Positions 10,120 to 20,377 of a stretch of 64,000 nt of DNA are shown piece after piece; positions within the stretch are counted from its first letter, which is position 1, and each line of letters opens with the position of its first letter. Under the pieces are notes generated by a model. It was given only the letters and a program-made list of their open reading frames with translations, had not been told where the DNA came from and searched no databases. The position numbers and the translations under genes are program-made. Source of the stretch: Acidobacteriota bacterium (GTDB lineage Bacteria; Acidobacteriota; UBA890; WLXD01); contig CAXWPL010000002.1 in the NCBI GenBank assembly GCA_963666215.2, forward strand, positions 32,001 through 96,000, written 5' to 3'.

Positions 10120-11124
10120 CTAGACGTCTCCGGTTTCGAGCTCCATCGACACGTCGAGCACGGGCGCGCTGTGGGTGATCCAGCCAGTCGAGATCAGGTC
10201 GACACCGGCGGCGGCGATCTCGACGATGTTGTGTGGGCCGATGCCGCCCGAAGCCTCGAGGATCAGATCTGGTCGCGACTCGCGTGCCAGGTCAACGGAT
10301 CGACGGAGCATCGCCGGCGCCATGTTGTCGAGCAGCACGGCATCGGCACGCGTCTCGCGATCGTCGGCGAGCTCGAGCACGCGGCGTAGCTGCTCGACGG
10401 TCTCGACTTCGATCTCGATCTTGGCCATGTGGCCGCAGTTGCGGCGGGCGCGGCGAAGGGCGTTGGCAATTGCCGCCATCGCCGCAATCGAGTCCGGCGC
10501 GTCTCTCGAGACGGTCGCCGCCGGCGCGTCGATCAACCGCCTGGGGTCTTGTGAGGATCCGGTGCGGCTCGCGAGCGCGGCGAGATGGTTCTCCTTGATC
10601 AGAATCCCATCGTCGAGGCCGCTGCGGTGGTTGGCGCCGCCGCCGGCGCGCACCGCGTACTTCTCGAGCGCACGTAGCCCCGGCGTTGTCTTACGGGTGC
10701 AAACAACGCGCGCCGCGCTGCCGGTGATCGCGTGGCTAAGTTGCGCTGTGGCCGTTGCCACGCCGCTCAGATGCGCCAACAAGTTCAGTGCGGTGCGCTC
10801 CGCGGTGAGCAGAGAGCGCGCACGGCCCGTGATCTCGGCGAGTTGCTCGCCTGCGCGGACCTCGGCACCGTCGCTCGAGTGCAGGCGGATCGTGACATCG
10901 CTGTCCACCAGCGAGAAGGCCGCGCAGGCGATTTCCAGGCCCGCCACGCGGCCAACGGCGCGAGCCACGATCCGCGCAGTTCCACGTTGGTCCGTCGCGA
11001 TGAGCGCGTCGGTGGTGGTGTCGCCCGCGCGTCCCAGATCCTCGGCCAGTGCGCCGCGGACGATGGGTTCGTAGATCAGCCGCGAGAGGGGAGGAATCTG
11101 CTCCGCTCGCGTCCCTGGAGTCAT
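10120..11124 (-). CDS. nadC: Quinolinate phosphoribosyltransferase
   Basis: ALAEDLG, LTAERTALN, CTRKTTPG, NHR, LIKENH, EIEVE, LLDNM, EASGG. Confidence 0.95.
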   Translation of the reverse strand: MTPGTRAEQIPPLSRLIYEPIVRGALAEDLGRAGDTTTDALIATDQRGTARIVARAVGRVAGLEIACAAFSLVDSDVTIRLHSSDGAEVRAGEQLAEITGRARSLLTAERTALNLLAHLSGVATATAQLSHAITGSAARVVCTRKTTPGLRALEKYAVRAGGGANHRSGLDDGILIKENHLAALASRTGSSQDPRRLIDAPAATVSRDAPDSIAAMAAIANALRRARRNCGHMAKIEIEVETVEQLRRVLELADDRETRADAVLLDNMAPAMLRRSVDLARESRPDLILEASGGIGPHNIVEIAAAGVDLISTGWITHSAPVLDVSMELETGDV

Positions 11125-12164
11125 GACGATGCGGTCGCGCCAACGGCGAGCATGCGCTCAACGGCGCGCCGTGCTCCGGCGGCGACCGCCGCTTCGACGA
11201 CGACCTCGTGTTTCATCTCGGCAAGCGAACGACGGATCTTCTCGAGCGTGATCTTCTTCATGTGCGGGCACAGATTGCATGGCCGAACGAACTCGACCTC
11301 CGGGAACTCGATGGCCACGTTGTCGCTCATCGAGCATTCGGTGATCAAGGCAACGCGCTGCGGCCGGTTCTCGTCGACCCAGGCGATCATGCCGCTGGTA
11401 GAGCCGACGAAGTCCGCCTCAGCCAAAACATCCGGCGGGCATTCCGGATGGGCGACGATGCTGATGCCGGTCCCGTTACCGTTGCCGCTCCTGCCGCCGT
11501 TGCCGCTTCCGCTAGCGGAGAAACGTTTTCGCCAGCCACGCATCTGCTCGCCCGTGAAGCGCTCGTGCACCATACAGGCGCCTTCCCAGGTGATGACCTC
11601 GACGTCGGTCTGCGACGCTACCCAATCGGCGAGGTATTTGTCGGGGATAAAGATGACGCGATCGGTGTTCAGCGAGTTGACAACCTGGAGCGCGTTCGAG
11701 GAGGTGCAACAGATGTCCGATTCCGCCTTCACCGCCGACGACGTGTTGACGTACGTCACCACCGGAACTCCGGGATGCGCGCGCTTGAGGCGCCGCACGT
11801 CCTCGGCAGTAATGCTTTCCGCCAGCGAGCAGCCCGCGTCGAGGTCGGGGATGAGGACGATCTTGTTGGGGTTGGCGATCTTGGCGGTCTCCGCCATGAA
11901 GTGGACGCCCGCCAGCACGATCACCTCCGCGTCGGTCTCGGCCGCCTGCCGCGCCAGCTGCAGCGAGTCGCCGGTGAGGTCCGAGACGCCGTAGAAGATG
12001 TCGGGTGTCATGTAGTTGTGTCCCAGGACGATCGCGTTGCGCTTTTCCTTGAGGTCGCGAATCTCTTCTATCAGAGGGGTCAGAAGGGCCCATTCCATCG
12101 GCGGAATCGCCGAGGGCGATCGTTCCGGCGGCGTGATGAGTGAGCTTTGGGTTGCTGTGGTCAA
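11121..12164 (-). CDS. nadA: Quinolinate synthase
   Basis: LGHNYM, GVHFMAE, AGCSLA, YVNTS, CTSSNA, CMVHE, AHPEC, CPHMKKIT; TTG start at 12164 with GAGG upstream. Confidence 0.95.
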   Translation of the reverse strand: MTTATQSSLITPPERSPSAIPPMEWALLTPLIEEIRDLKEKRNAIVLGHNYMTPDIFYGVSDLTGDSLQLARQAAETDAEVIVLAGVHFMAETAKIANPNKIVLIPDLDAGCSLAESITAEDVRRLKRAHPGVPVVTYVNTSSAVKAESDICCTSSNALQVVNSLNTDRVIFIPDKYLADWVASQTDVEVITWEGACMVHERFTGEQMRGWRKRFSASGSGNGGRSGNGNGTGISIVAHPECPPDVLAEADFVGSTSGMIAWVDENRPQRVALITECSMSDNVAIEFPEVEFVRPCNLCPHMKKITLEKIRRSLAEMKHEVVVEAAVAAGARRAVERMLAVGATASS

Positions 12165-12243
12165 GATCGGCCTCGTCGGTTGGGGCTTTTGCCGAAGTCG
12201 GCAGCGCGTTCCAGGTTGAGTGGAGCTGTAGAGATCATAATAC

Positions 12244-12264
12244 TTATACTCATGATAAGTCTTA
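12244..12264. promoter_or_regulatory. Candidate NadQ operator upstream of nadA
   Basis: TTATACTCA-TGA-TAAGTCTTA resembles the NadQ palindrome ttATRCTCannntGAGYATAa; AT-rich patch in a GC-rich intergenic region. Confidence 0.65.
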
Positions 12265-12388
12265 TAGATCGAACCCGAGACGCGGGTACCGCGTGGCCCG
12301 GCGGGAACGCGGCCCTTCGGCCTGATCGGCGCAGCAAGGAGTTCGCCCGGTCGGCGGAGCAACGAGCTGGCGATCCCCGCGCGTGGGC

Positions 12389-12469
12389 CCCTGCGCAGCT
12401 GCTAGGGCGGTTTTGGCGGCAAACCGACCCTGCGCAGCTGCTAGGGCTGTTTCGGCGGCAAACCGACCC
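12389..12469. repeat. 39-bp tandem duplication covering the nadQ stop codon
   Basis: CCCTGCGCAGCTGCTAGGGC(G/T)GTTT(T/C)GGCGGCAAACCGA at 12389-12427 and 12428-12466, two mismatches. Confidence 0.9.
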
Positions 12470-13463
12470 CCGGCCGTGGCCGCTCGAGAAGGACCTCACG
12501 CCGGAACCGGTAGAGCCTGGCAGGGCGGCCAACGACGCCGCGCTCGTACTCACCAGTTCCTTCAACAAGGCCGCCTTGCTCTACCAGGCGGCGGAAGTTC
12601 GCCTTGTGAAGACGCACGCCGTTGAGAGCTTCGACGATCCTTTGAAGCTGCAGCAGCGTGAAGGCATCGGGCAGCAACTCGAAGACCACAGGCCGGTAGG
12701 TCAGCTTGCCGCGAAGGCGCCCGAGTGCCGTGGCGAGGATGCGGCGGTGATCCAGCGCCATCCGGGCCTGGTGAGTGCTACCAGGCGCCGCGGCATCGGC
12801 GGTGCTGAACGCTGGCGAGGTCTCAGTGGGTGCGGCTTCCGCCGCTTCTTCGACTGTGCCCAGCTCATACAGCAGCTCGTAGCGCTCCAGCACGCGAACC
12901 GGATCCCACGTCGTCTGCGCGAGCCCAAACGTTATACGAGCACGCTCTCGCCGTGCGTATCGTGAGCTGGGGCTCGAAGCCGCTCCGCCGGTGCCCGCGG
13001 CGATCCACTCAGCGAGAGCGGACTCAGTATCGGGATTGGCAAGGGCGACCTGTGGCCCCGATTCTCGTCGATCCTCCCAGGGAAGAAATCGGTAGACATC
13101 ACGCCAGGCCGAGCCGGAGCCAGGGAGCTGCTCTCGCGTAAGCGCCAGGTAGGCGATCGACAACACCCGGGGGCCACCGTCGCGCTCGCCAGGGTGCCGG
13201 TTGCGGTCGCCGAACGTATACAGCTGCTCCACGTAGCCGATCCCGAGCCCCGTGTGCTCGGTGACCCAGCGTCGCAGGCAACGATCGAGCGTCAGGTCGT
13301 TGACGGTATCGAGCGTTCCCGTCGGCAGTGCGGCAGCTCCGCGATCGGCGGCGACCGTCAGTACGCGCGGTGTTTCCTCGCTGACCGCGAAGATGACGGC
13401 GTTGAGCTCGACTTCGATATCCAACATGCCTCCCGAGTACCACGGCGAGGCCGTCAGCGCCAT
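12441..13463 (-). CDS. nadQ: NadQ/NrtR-type Nudix-related NAD regulator (COG4111-like)
   Basis: GYVEQLYTFGDRNR, FLPWEDRR, LERYELLYE, DHRRILATALGRLRGKL.YRPVVFEL, HKANFRRLV, GRPARLYRF; adjacent to nadAC. Confidence 0.8.
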   Translation of the reverse strand: MALTASPWYSGGMLDIEVELNAVIFAVSEETPRVLTVAADRGAAALPTGTLDTVNDLTLDRCLRRWVTEHTGLGIGYVEQLYTFGDRNRHPGERDGGPRVLSIAYLALTREQLPGSGSAWRDVYRFLPWEDRRESGPQVALANPDTESALAEWIAAGTGGAASSPSSRYARRERARITFGLAQTTWDPVRVLERYELLYELGTVEEAAEAAPTETSPAFSTADAAAPGSTHQARMALDHRRILATALGRLRGKLTYRPVVFELLPDAFTLLQLQRIVEALNGVRLHKANFRRLVEQGGLVEGTGEYERGVVGRPARLYRFRREVLLERPRPGVGLPPKQP

Positions 13464-13631
13464 TCAGTCGACCAGAGCGAGGGCAGGGCGTAGACCCGCT
13501 GATTGGGCTCGAAGACCAGCTTCCGCCGCTGTGCTTCGGCTCCCAGCGCCGCCGCGCGAGTCATGGTCCCGAGCTCCCGGCTTGGCGGAGGGAATCGCTG
13601 CCCCTTTCCCTTCTTGTCGGACCCGAGCTCG

Positions 13632-15263
13632 TTACTCGGCGTCCATGTGCGGGTAGCGGTAGTCGGTTGGCGGCACGAAGTTCTCTTTGACGGTGCGCTG
13701 AGAGACCCAACGCACCAGATTCAGTAGCGAGCCGGCCTTGTCGTTGGTGCCCGAGGCGCGGGCGCCGCCGAACGGTTGCTGGCCCACGACGGCGCCGGTG
13801 GGCTTGTCGTTGATGTAGAAGTTGCCCGCCGAGTGGCGCAGAGCTTTTGACATCGCGACGATGGCCTGGCGGTCCTGCGCGAACACGGCGCCGGTGAGCG
13901 CGAATGGGCTCGTCGTGTCGCCGAGCTCGAGCGTCTCGGTGAGCGCGTTGTCGTCGTAAACGAACACCGTCAGCGCCGGGCCGAAGATTTCCTCCGACAT
14001 CAGCTTCGACTTCGGGTCGTCGCTGACGACAACGGTCGGCTCGATGAAGTAGCCGGTCGACTTGTCCACGCCACCGCCGGCGATGATCTCGTGGTCGGTG
14101 GCGTCGCGGGCGTAGTCGATGTAGCCGCTGTGGTCGTTGAAAGCGGCCTCGTCGATGACGGCACACATGAAATTGCGGAAGTCGGTGGGCGAGCCCATCG
14201 TCAGCGAGCTGACCTGGTCGACGAGGGCTTCCTTGATGCCGCTGTCCCAAAGGGACCTCGGCACATAGGCGCGCGATGCGGCCGAGCACTTCTGGCCCTG
14301 GTACTCGAAGGCACCACGCACGAGCGCCGTCACCACCGCCGTAGCGTCAGCCGAAGGATGCGCGAACACGAAGTCCTTACCGCCGGTCTCGCCGACGATG
14401 CGTGGGTAGCGACCGTAGTGGTCGAGGTTGTCGACGATCGTTCGCCACATGAACTGGAAGGTTGGCGTCGAGCCCGTGAAGTGCAGGCCGGCGAAGTCGC
14501 GGCTGGTGAACACGGGGTTGCCCACCGACGAGCCGCGACCGGGGGCGAAATTGATGACGCCGTCGGGCAGCCCGGCCTCTTGCAGCAACTTGAAGACGTA
14601 GTAGTTCGACAGCAGCGAGGTGGAGGACGGCTTCCAGAGAACGGTGTTGCCCATCAGCGCCGGCGAGGTCGGCAGGTTGCCACCGATCGACGTGAAGTTG
14701 AACGGCGTGACGGCGAAGACGAAACCCTCGAGGGGTCGGTACTCGACGTAGTCCCAGATCCCACGCGCCGAACCGGGCTGCTGCGTGTAGAGCTCCTGCA
14801 TGTAGTGGGGGTTGTAGCGCCAGAAGTCGATGAGCTCTCGGAATGCGTCGATCTCGGCCTGGATGGCGGTTTTCGACTGGCCCAGCATGGTCGATGCGTT
14901 GAGCGTGTCGCGCCACGGGCCGGCAAGCAGCTCGGCGGCCTTCAGAAAGATTGCAGTGCGGGCTTCCCAGGGCATTTCCGACCAGTCGTGCCATGCGTCG
15001 CTTGCTGCCTTGACGGCCTGTTGCACCTCGGCTTCGCCAACCTGATGGCAGACGCCGAGGTGGTGACCGTGATCGTGCGGGCAGACCACCGGAAGGGTGG
15101 TTCCGGTGCGAATCTCCTTGCCGCCAATGATGGCGGGGATATCGACCTGCTCGTCGAGTATCTCGTCGAGCCGCGACTTCAGACTGGCGCGCTCAGGGGA
15201 GCCCGGCGCGAAGTCTTGGAAGGGCTCATTGACCGGGTTTGGGATGCGAACGATTCCGTTCAC
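13632..15263 (-). CDS. pruA: L-glutamate gamma-semialdehyde (P5C) dehydrogenase
   Basis: PFNFTSI, HFTGST, GETGGKDF, FEYQGQKCSA, EEIFGP, NDKPTGAVVGQQPFGGARASGTNDK; GTG start with AGGAG. Confidence 0.93.
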   Translation of the reverse strand: MNGIVRIPNPVNEPFQDFAPGSPERASLKSRLDEILDEQVDIPAIIGGKEIRTGTTLPVVCPHDHGHHLGVCHQVGEAEVQQAVKAASDAWHDWSEMPWEARTAIFLKAAELLAGPWRDTLNASTMLGQSKTAIQAEIDAFRELIDFWRYNPHYMQELYTQQPGSARGIWDYVEYRPLEGFVFAVTPFNFTSIGGNLPTSPALMGNTVLWKPSSTSLLSNYYVFKLLQEAGLPDGVINFAPGRGSSVGNPVFTSRDFAGLHFTGSTPTFQFMWRTIVDNLDHYGRYPRIVGETGGKDFVFAHPSADATAVVTALVRGAFEYQGQKCSAASRAYVPRSLWDSGIKEALVDQVSSLTMGSPTDFRNFMCAVIDEAAFNDHSGYIDYARDATDHEIIAGGGVDKSTGYFIEPTVVVSDDPKSKLMSEEIFGPALTVFVYDDNALTETLELGDTTSPFALTGAVFAQDRQAIVAMSKALRHSAGNFYINDKPTGAVVGQQPFGGARASGTNDKAGSLLNLVRWVSQRTVKENFVPPTDYRYPHMDAE

Positions 15264-15587
15264 GATGCAACTCCTGGGACGGACGGGCGGCCAGCGCCGG
15301 TGGCTCGGCCGCGGACGGGACGGAAGCGGGATCCGACGCGCGAGGCCGGCGGGCACGCCTGGCGTCGCGACGTTGGAGGTCGATCGCCGCTCATGAGATC
15401 GACGCAACGCGGGCAAGAATAACAGGGCGCTGAGGGAGCGGTGGGTCCGGTCCTCGTAGGCGGAGTCGAGGCTCAGCGACGTCGGCGAACGAATGTTTCC
15501 TATGCACAACGGCCGGCTTGGTGGATCATGTTCGGGTGAGTCGCTCCGGCTCACCTTCCACTCTTGCCCCGCAAACGTCGAGTCACG

Positions 15588-18518
15588 ATGAAGCTACGCA
15601 TGTCGATCGCCGGCAGTCTGTTGACGCTCCTTGTTAGTGCTGCACTTGGCCTGCCGCCGAGCGCACTGGCGCAAACCAGCCCCGGTCCGCAGCCGCAACC
15701 GCGTGCCTGGGAGATCCCGGCCGACGCCGCGAATGCAGCGACCGCCGGCCTCGACGAGGTCATGCCGGTCGATCCGACCGTCATGATCGGGCGTCTCGAC
15801 AACGGCCTGCGCTACTTCATTCGCGAGAATCAGGAGCCGGCCGACCACGCTGTTTTGCGTTTGGTTGTCAACACGGGCTCGCTCCTCGAGGACGATGACC
15901 AGCTCGGACTGGCCCACTTTCTCGAACACATGGCCTTCAACGGCACGCGCAACTTCAGCCAGAACAAGCTGATCTCGACTCTCGAGTCGTTCGGGGCCCG
16001 CTTCGGCGCCGACATCAACGCTTCGACGAGCTTCGACGAGACCGCCTATATCCTGCGCGTTCCCACCGATCAGCCGGAGATTCTCGGAACCGCATTCCAG
16101 ATCCTCGAGGACTGGACGCAGGGGATCACGCTCGACAGCGCCGAAATCGACAAGGAGCGTGGCGTCGTCATCGAGGAGTGGAGACGCGGCCTCGGCGTCG
16201 GCTCGCGATTGCGCGACAAGCAGCTGCCGGTGCTGTTTGCAGGGTCGCGCTACGTCGATCGGCTGCCCATCGGCACTCTCGAGAGCCTGGAAAACTTCGA
16301 TCACGACGCACTGCGCCGCTTCTACCGCGACTGGTACCGCCCCGACCTCATGGCGGTCATTGCCGTTGGCGACTTCGACGGCAGCGAAGTACGGGAGTAT
16401 GTCGACCGCCATTTCTCGGGTCTGGTCAATCCTCCCGACCCGCGGCCGAGGGATTACTACGGACTGCCACCACACGCCGACACCCTCTTCGCCATCGTTT
16501 CCGACCCTGAAGCTACCTATTCGAGCGTTAGCCTTTACCACAAGCTGCCGCTGCGGCGGCAAGGCACGCACGGAACGTATCGTCGCAGTCTCGTCGAGAA
16601 TTTCTACAACAGCATGGTCAATCGGCGGCTTCGCGAAGCTGCACAGCAGCCCAACCCGCCTTTCCTCGGTGCAGGTGCCAGCCAGGGGATCATGCTGCCG
16701 ACTCGGGAGGTCTACGTTCTCGAGGCCGGCGTGCCGGATGGCGGCATTGAGCGCGGGCTCGAGGCGTTGCTGCGCGAGTCGAGTCGAGTCGCTCGATTCG
16801 GTTTTACCGAGTCGGAGCTCGAGCGCGAGAAGCTCGTGGCGCTGCGCGGCTTCGAGCGCCTCTATACGGAGAGGCAAACTCACCCGTCGGACAACTATGC
16901 CGAAGAGTTCCGTCGCGCCTTTCTGGAAGGCGAGTCGGTGCCTGGCATCGACTACGAGTGGGCGCTGTACCAGCGCTTCGTGCCCGAGATCACCATCGAT
17001 GAGGTCAATGCAGCAGGCGCTCAGTGGCTCAACGACACCGATCGCGTGGTCGTGGTGACGGCTCCGGAAAAGGATGGCGTTCGACTTCCCACCGAAGCTG
17101 AGCTGACGGCGATTCTCGATCGCGTGGACGACCGGCCGATGCGACGCTACGTCGACACGACGGTTGACGTTCCCCTCCTGGCCGACGTCCCTGAGCCCGG
17201 TAGTGTGGTCGAAGAAACGCGTAACGAAGAGCTCGACATCACCGAGTGGCGGCTGTCGAACGGCGTCCGCGTGGTGCTCAAGCCCACGGATTTTCGCCAG
17301 GACGAGGTTCTGATGCGTGCCATCAGCCCCGGTGGAACGTCGCTAGCGAGCGACGAGGACTGGGTTGCGGCGAGCAGCGCGACGCAGGTGGTCGTCGCCA
17401 GCGGAGCGGGTGACTTCAGTGCTCGTCAGATCACGAACTCGCTCACCGGCAAGGTGGTGAGCGTGACGCCGACGATCAACGTGCTCGAGGAAGGCTTCGT
17501 GGGCAGCGCGTCGCCGCGCGACCTCGAAGATCTGTTCCAGATCGTCTACCTGCACTTTACGCAGCCGCGCGCCGACCCTGGTGTTTTCCGTATCATCCAG
17601 GATCAGTTCCGGGCGTCGCTGGCCAACCGCGACATGAGTCCCGAGGTGGCGTTCAGAGAGAAGCTGCAAACGACGCTGACGCAGAATCACCCGCGGCGGC
17701 GGCCGATCACCAGCGACCTCGTCGAAGAGATGGACCTGGACAAGTCGTTCGCCTTCTACCGCGACCGATTCGCCGATGCCAGCGACTTCACGTTTCTGTT
17801 CGTGGGCAACATCGACTTCGACGAGCTACGCGCGCTGTCGGAGCGTTACCTCGCGACACTGCCCTCGATCGGCCGCGAAGAAAGCTGGCGCGACGAGGAT
17901 GTCGATCCGCCAACGGGGGTAGTGAAGGAGGCGGTCTACCGCGGCCTCGAGCCCAAGAGCCTCACCAGCATCGTGTTCACCGGCGATTACGATCACGAAG
18001 AGGGCGAGCGCTTCGCGATGGGGGCTCTGGCCAACGTCCTGCAAATGAGGTTGCGCGACCGGCTGCGAGAAGAGCTAGGCAGCACCTACAGCGTGTCGGT
18101 GCAAGGTAGCGCGGAGCGCATTCCAGATCCGGAGTACTCGGTGTCGATCAGCTTTGGCTGTGATCCGGATCGAGTCGATGAGCTGGTGCAGGAAGTTTTC
18201 GACGAGATTGGCAAGCTCAAGGGGTCGGGGCCGACGGTTGAAGAGATCTTCGCTGTCCAGGAACAGTCGCGTCGGATCTTTCAGCGCAACAGCCGGCAGA
18301 ACGGCTTCTGGCTCGGGCGGCTAGCAGCGGCCTATCGCGGTGAGGACGATCCTCGCGAGTCCCTTCAGGACGTGCTCAACTACGAGGCGGCGCTGCTCGA
18401 GCTGACCGCCCAGCAGGTGCAGGAGGCCGCCTCGACGTATCTCAATGTCGACAACTACGTGCAGGTTTCGTTGTTGCCGGAGGCCAAGGCGGGCGACGAG
18501 GGAAGCTCGACTCGCTGA
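15588..18518 (+). CDS. Exported M16-family zinc protease (PqqL-like)
   Basis: Signal peptide; GLAHFLEHMAFNGT (HxxEH), NASTSFDET, KERGVVIEEWR; second half LSNGVRVVLKPTDF. Confidence 0.92.
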   Translation: MKLRMSIAGSLLTLLVSAALGLPPSALAQTSPGPQPQPRAWEIPADAANAATAGLDEVMPVDPTVMIGRLDNGLRYFIRENQEPADHAVLRLVVNTGSLLEDDDQLGLAHFLEHMAFNGTRNFSQNKLISTLESFGARFGADINASTSFDETAYILRVPTDQPEILGTAFQILEDWTQGITLDSAEIDKERGVVIEEWRRGLGVGSRLRDKQLPVLFAGSRYVDRLPIGTLESLENFDHDALRRFYRDWYRPDLMAVIAVGDFDGSEVREYVDRHFSGLVNPPDPRPRDYYGLPPHADTLFAIVSDPEATYSSVSLYHKLPLRRQGTHGTYRRSLVENFYNSMVNRRLREAAQQPNPPFLGAGASQGIMLPTREVYVLEAGVPDGGIERGLEALLRESSRVARFGFTESELEREKLVALRGFERLYTERQTHPSDNYAEEFRRAFLEGESVPGIDYEWALYQRFVPEITIDEVNAAGAQWLNDTDRVVVVTAPEKDGVRLPTEAELTAILDRVDDRPMRRYVDTTVDVPLLADVPEPGSVVEETRNEELDITEWRLSNGVRVVLKPTDFRQDEVLMRAISPGGTSLASDEDWVAASSATQVVVASGAGDFSARQITNSLTGKVVSVTPTINVLEEGFVGSASPRDLEDLFQIVYLHFTQPRADPGVFRIIQDQFRASLANRDMSPEVAFREKLQTTLTQNHPRRRPITSDLVEEMDLDKSFAFYRDRFADASDFTFLFVGNIDFDELRALSERYLATLPSIGREESWRDEDVDPPTGVVKEAVYRGLEPKSLTSIVFTGDYDHEEGERFAMGALANVLQMRLRDRLREELGSTYSVSVQGSAERIPDPEYSVSISFGCDPDRVDELVQEVFDEIGKLKGSGPTVEEIFAVQEQSRRIFQRNSRQNGFWLGRLAAAYRGEDDPRESLQDVLNYEAALLELTAQQVQEAASTYLNVDNYVQVSLLPEAKAGDEGSSTR

Positions 18519-18542
18519 CCGCCGGCGGCGTTGCGTGGTCGG

Positions 18543-19757
18543 CTAGGTCGGACTTCCGCTCGCGGCATTCGGGGGTGCTTCTCGCCGCCGCGTGAACCGC
18601 AGCGCGCCGTCGCGGGCGCGTTCGCGTCGATAGCCGAGCAGGTGGAAGAGCTCGACGGTGAGCCAGCGCGCGATCCTCGGTTCGACGACCAGAGTCCGTG
18701 CCCGCTGACGGGCGCGACGCACGCCGGGCAGCCAGTGGACGATGCGGTCGAGCTGTAGGCGTCGCAGCCAGCCCGACAGACGAAGCCAGAACGGAGCCAC
18801 TCGGCGCACCAGAAAGAACCCGTCGTTGCCGAGTCCCTGGTAGAGCGGCAGTAGCACGCGCCCAGTCGCGAGGGCCGGGATCTCGCCGTTGACGTCGTCC
18901 GCCAGCAGCGTGCCTTCGTCGACACGCTGGAAGTTGTCGAAGCCGGGCTGCATGACGAAGCAGGCGTCCGGCCTGATTGCGTGACGGTAGCGAACCTCCA
19001 TGATCGGCGGCAGGCCGGCAGAAGCGTCCGCCAGTTGGGCGCGCAATTCGGCTCTCCTCGGTAGGTCCATCTCCTCGAGGCAGCCAGCGCCGAGCAACCC
19101 CAGCAGGAGCGCTGCGGTGTGGTGCTCGATCGACGCTGAGTCGTCGTGCTGGCCGGCCTCAACGCCGACGGTGACATGTCCGAGGTCGTTGACGTACTCC
19201 AGAAGTGAGCCGTCGACCTGCTCCTCGAGGCCGAGGATCACTGGAACCGCGAAGGTGCCGGCGAACTCTCGGTTGCGCAGTGTGTCGCCGATACACACGA
19301 AGGGCTGGCCGGGCGCAGAGCTGGTGTGGAGATCGAGAAGATGTACGGGTCCGGTCGCTTCGGCGAACACCTGTTCCAGGGCAGCGAGCAACTCGGCCTG
19401 CTCGCGGTGCTCGGTGGTGTCTCCGCCGGCGCGACTCTGTGCGACGTGCTGGCTCGACCAAACGCGATTGAAGTCCGAATCGACGAAGCGTTGGCCGATC
19501 TTCAGGGCCGATCGGTTGCCACTCAGGGCGACGAACCGACCTCTGCGAGGCATGTCCTTGCTGGCCAACCAGGCGGAAACCCGGCGTACCGCCGCTATGC
19601 CAGACGGTTCGTTGCCGTGAACACCTGCTACTGCCACCACGGTGGGGCCTGACTGCTGCGAACGGTGGTCGACGAGGACGCGCTCAATCGCCGTGTCCGT
19701 GGCCACCGAGTTGTCTTCCGCTCTCGACAGCACACCGTCTCTCCGCGCAGGAATCAC
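18543..19757 (-). CDS. Succinylglutamate desuccinylase/aspartoacylase (M14-like) protein; start uncertain
   Basis: AGVHGNEPSG, DFNR, LDLHT, VEAGQH. Confidence 0.85.
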   Translation of the reverse strand: MIPARRDGVLSRAEDNSVATDTAIERVLVDHRSQQSGPTVVAVAGVHGNEPSGIAAVRRVSAWLASKDMPRRGRFVALSGNRSALKIGQRFVDSDFNRVWSSQHVAQSRAGGDTTEHREQAELLAALEQVFAEATGPVHLLDLHTSSAPGQPFVCIGDTLRNREFAGTFAVPVILGLEEQVDGSLLEYVNDLGHVTVGVEAGQHDDSASIEHHTAALLLGLLGAGCLEEMDLPRRAELRAQLADASAGLPPIMEVRYRHAIRPDACFVMQPGFDNFQRVDEGTLLADDVNGEIPALATGRVLLPLYQGLGNDGFFLVRRVAPFWLRLSGWLRRLQLDRIVHWLPGVRRARQRARTLVVEPRIARWLTVELFHLLGYRRERARDGALRFTRRREAPPNAASGSPT

Positions 19758-19965
19758 CCAGATGTTGGACCGGGCGCGAGTCTACATCGCGCCTGCGAGA
19801 GTGGTCGTCTCGATTCGCACGACGAAGATGGTTGGGCGCTGGAGCAAGGATTGATTATTATTAGTTAGCAAAATTGCTTTGTAGTTCCAATTGACCATCG
19901 TATTATTGCGTAGGTCTAGAGAACTCTCACAGAGTCAACCGAGCCTCATCGGTCCGGAGAATGTC

Positions 19966-20373
19966 ATGTCGCGCCGTCGCAGACGGAAAGAGTGCTTCCC
20001 GTGGGCGCGAGCCGGCCTGCTTGTCTTCGCGGTTTGGCTATCGCTCTGGGCCGCCGGATTGGCGGGCGCACGCGTGGGCGAGAAGATCTACAACGAGCGT
20101 TACGCCGAAGCTGCTCCGTACACCGCTGAAGAGCTCGAGTCGCTCGATAACATGGCAGCCGCAGCGGCAGCCGCGGAACGCGAGATGCACATCTGGCGCG
20201 AGAGCGTGAAGCTCGGTGGATCGGTCGCTTCAGTCGAGGGCGCCATGTTCGGCACGATCCTGCTGCTGGCGATTTGGGTGACTGGCGGGATGATCTGGTT
20301 ATGGATGCGCGAGCGTCAGCGTCAGATCGAGGCTCAGTGGGAAGAGTTCGGCTACGAGTACGAGGGCGCGTAG
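19966..20373 (+). CDS. Hypothetical two-TM membrane protein
   Basis: GGAG RBS before ATG 19966; two hydrophobic helices; AT-rich upstream region. Confidence 0.55.
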   Translation: MSRRRRRKECFPWARAGLLVFAVWLSLWAAGLAGARVGEKIYNERYAEAAPYTAEELESLDNMAAAAAAAEREMHIWRESVKLGGSVASVEGAMFGTILLLAIWVTGGMIWLWMRERQRQIEAQWEEFGYEYEGA

Positions 20374-20377
20374 GCGC

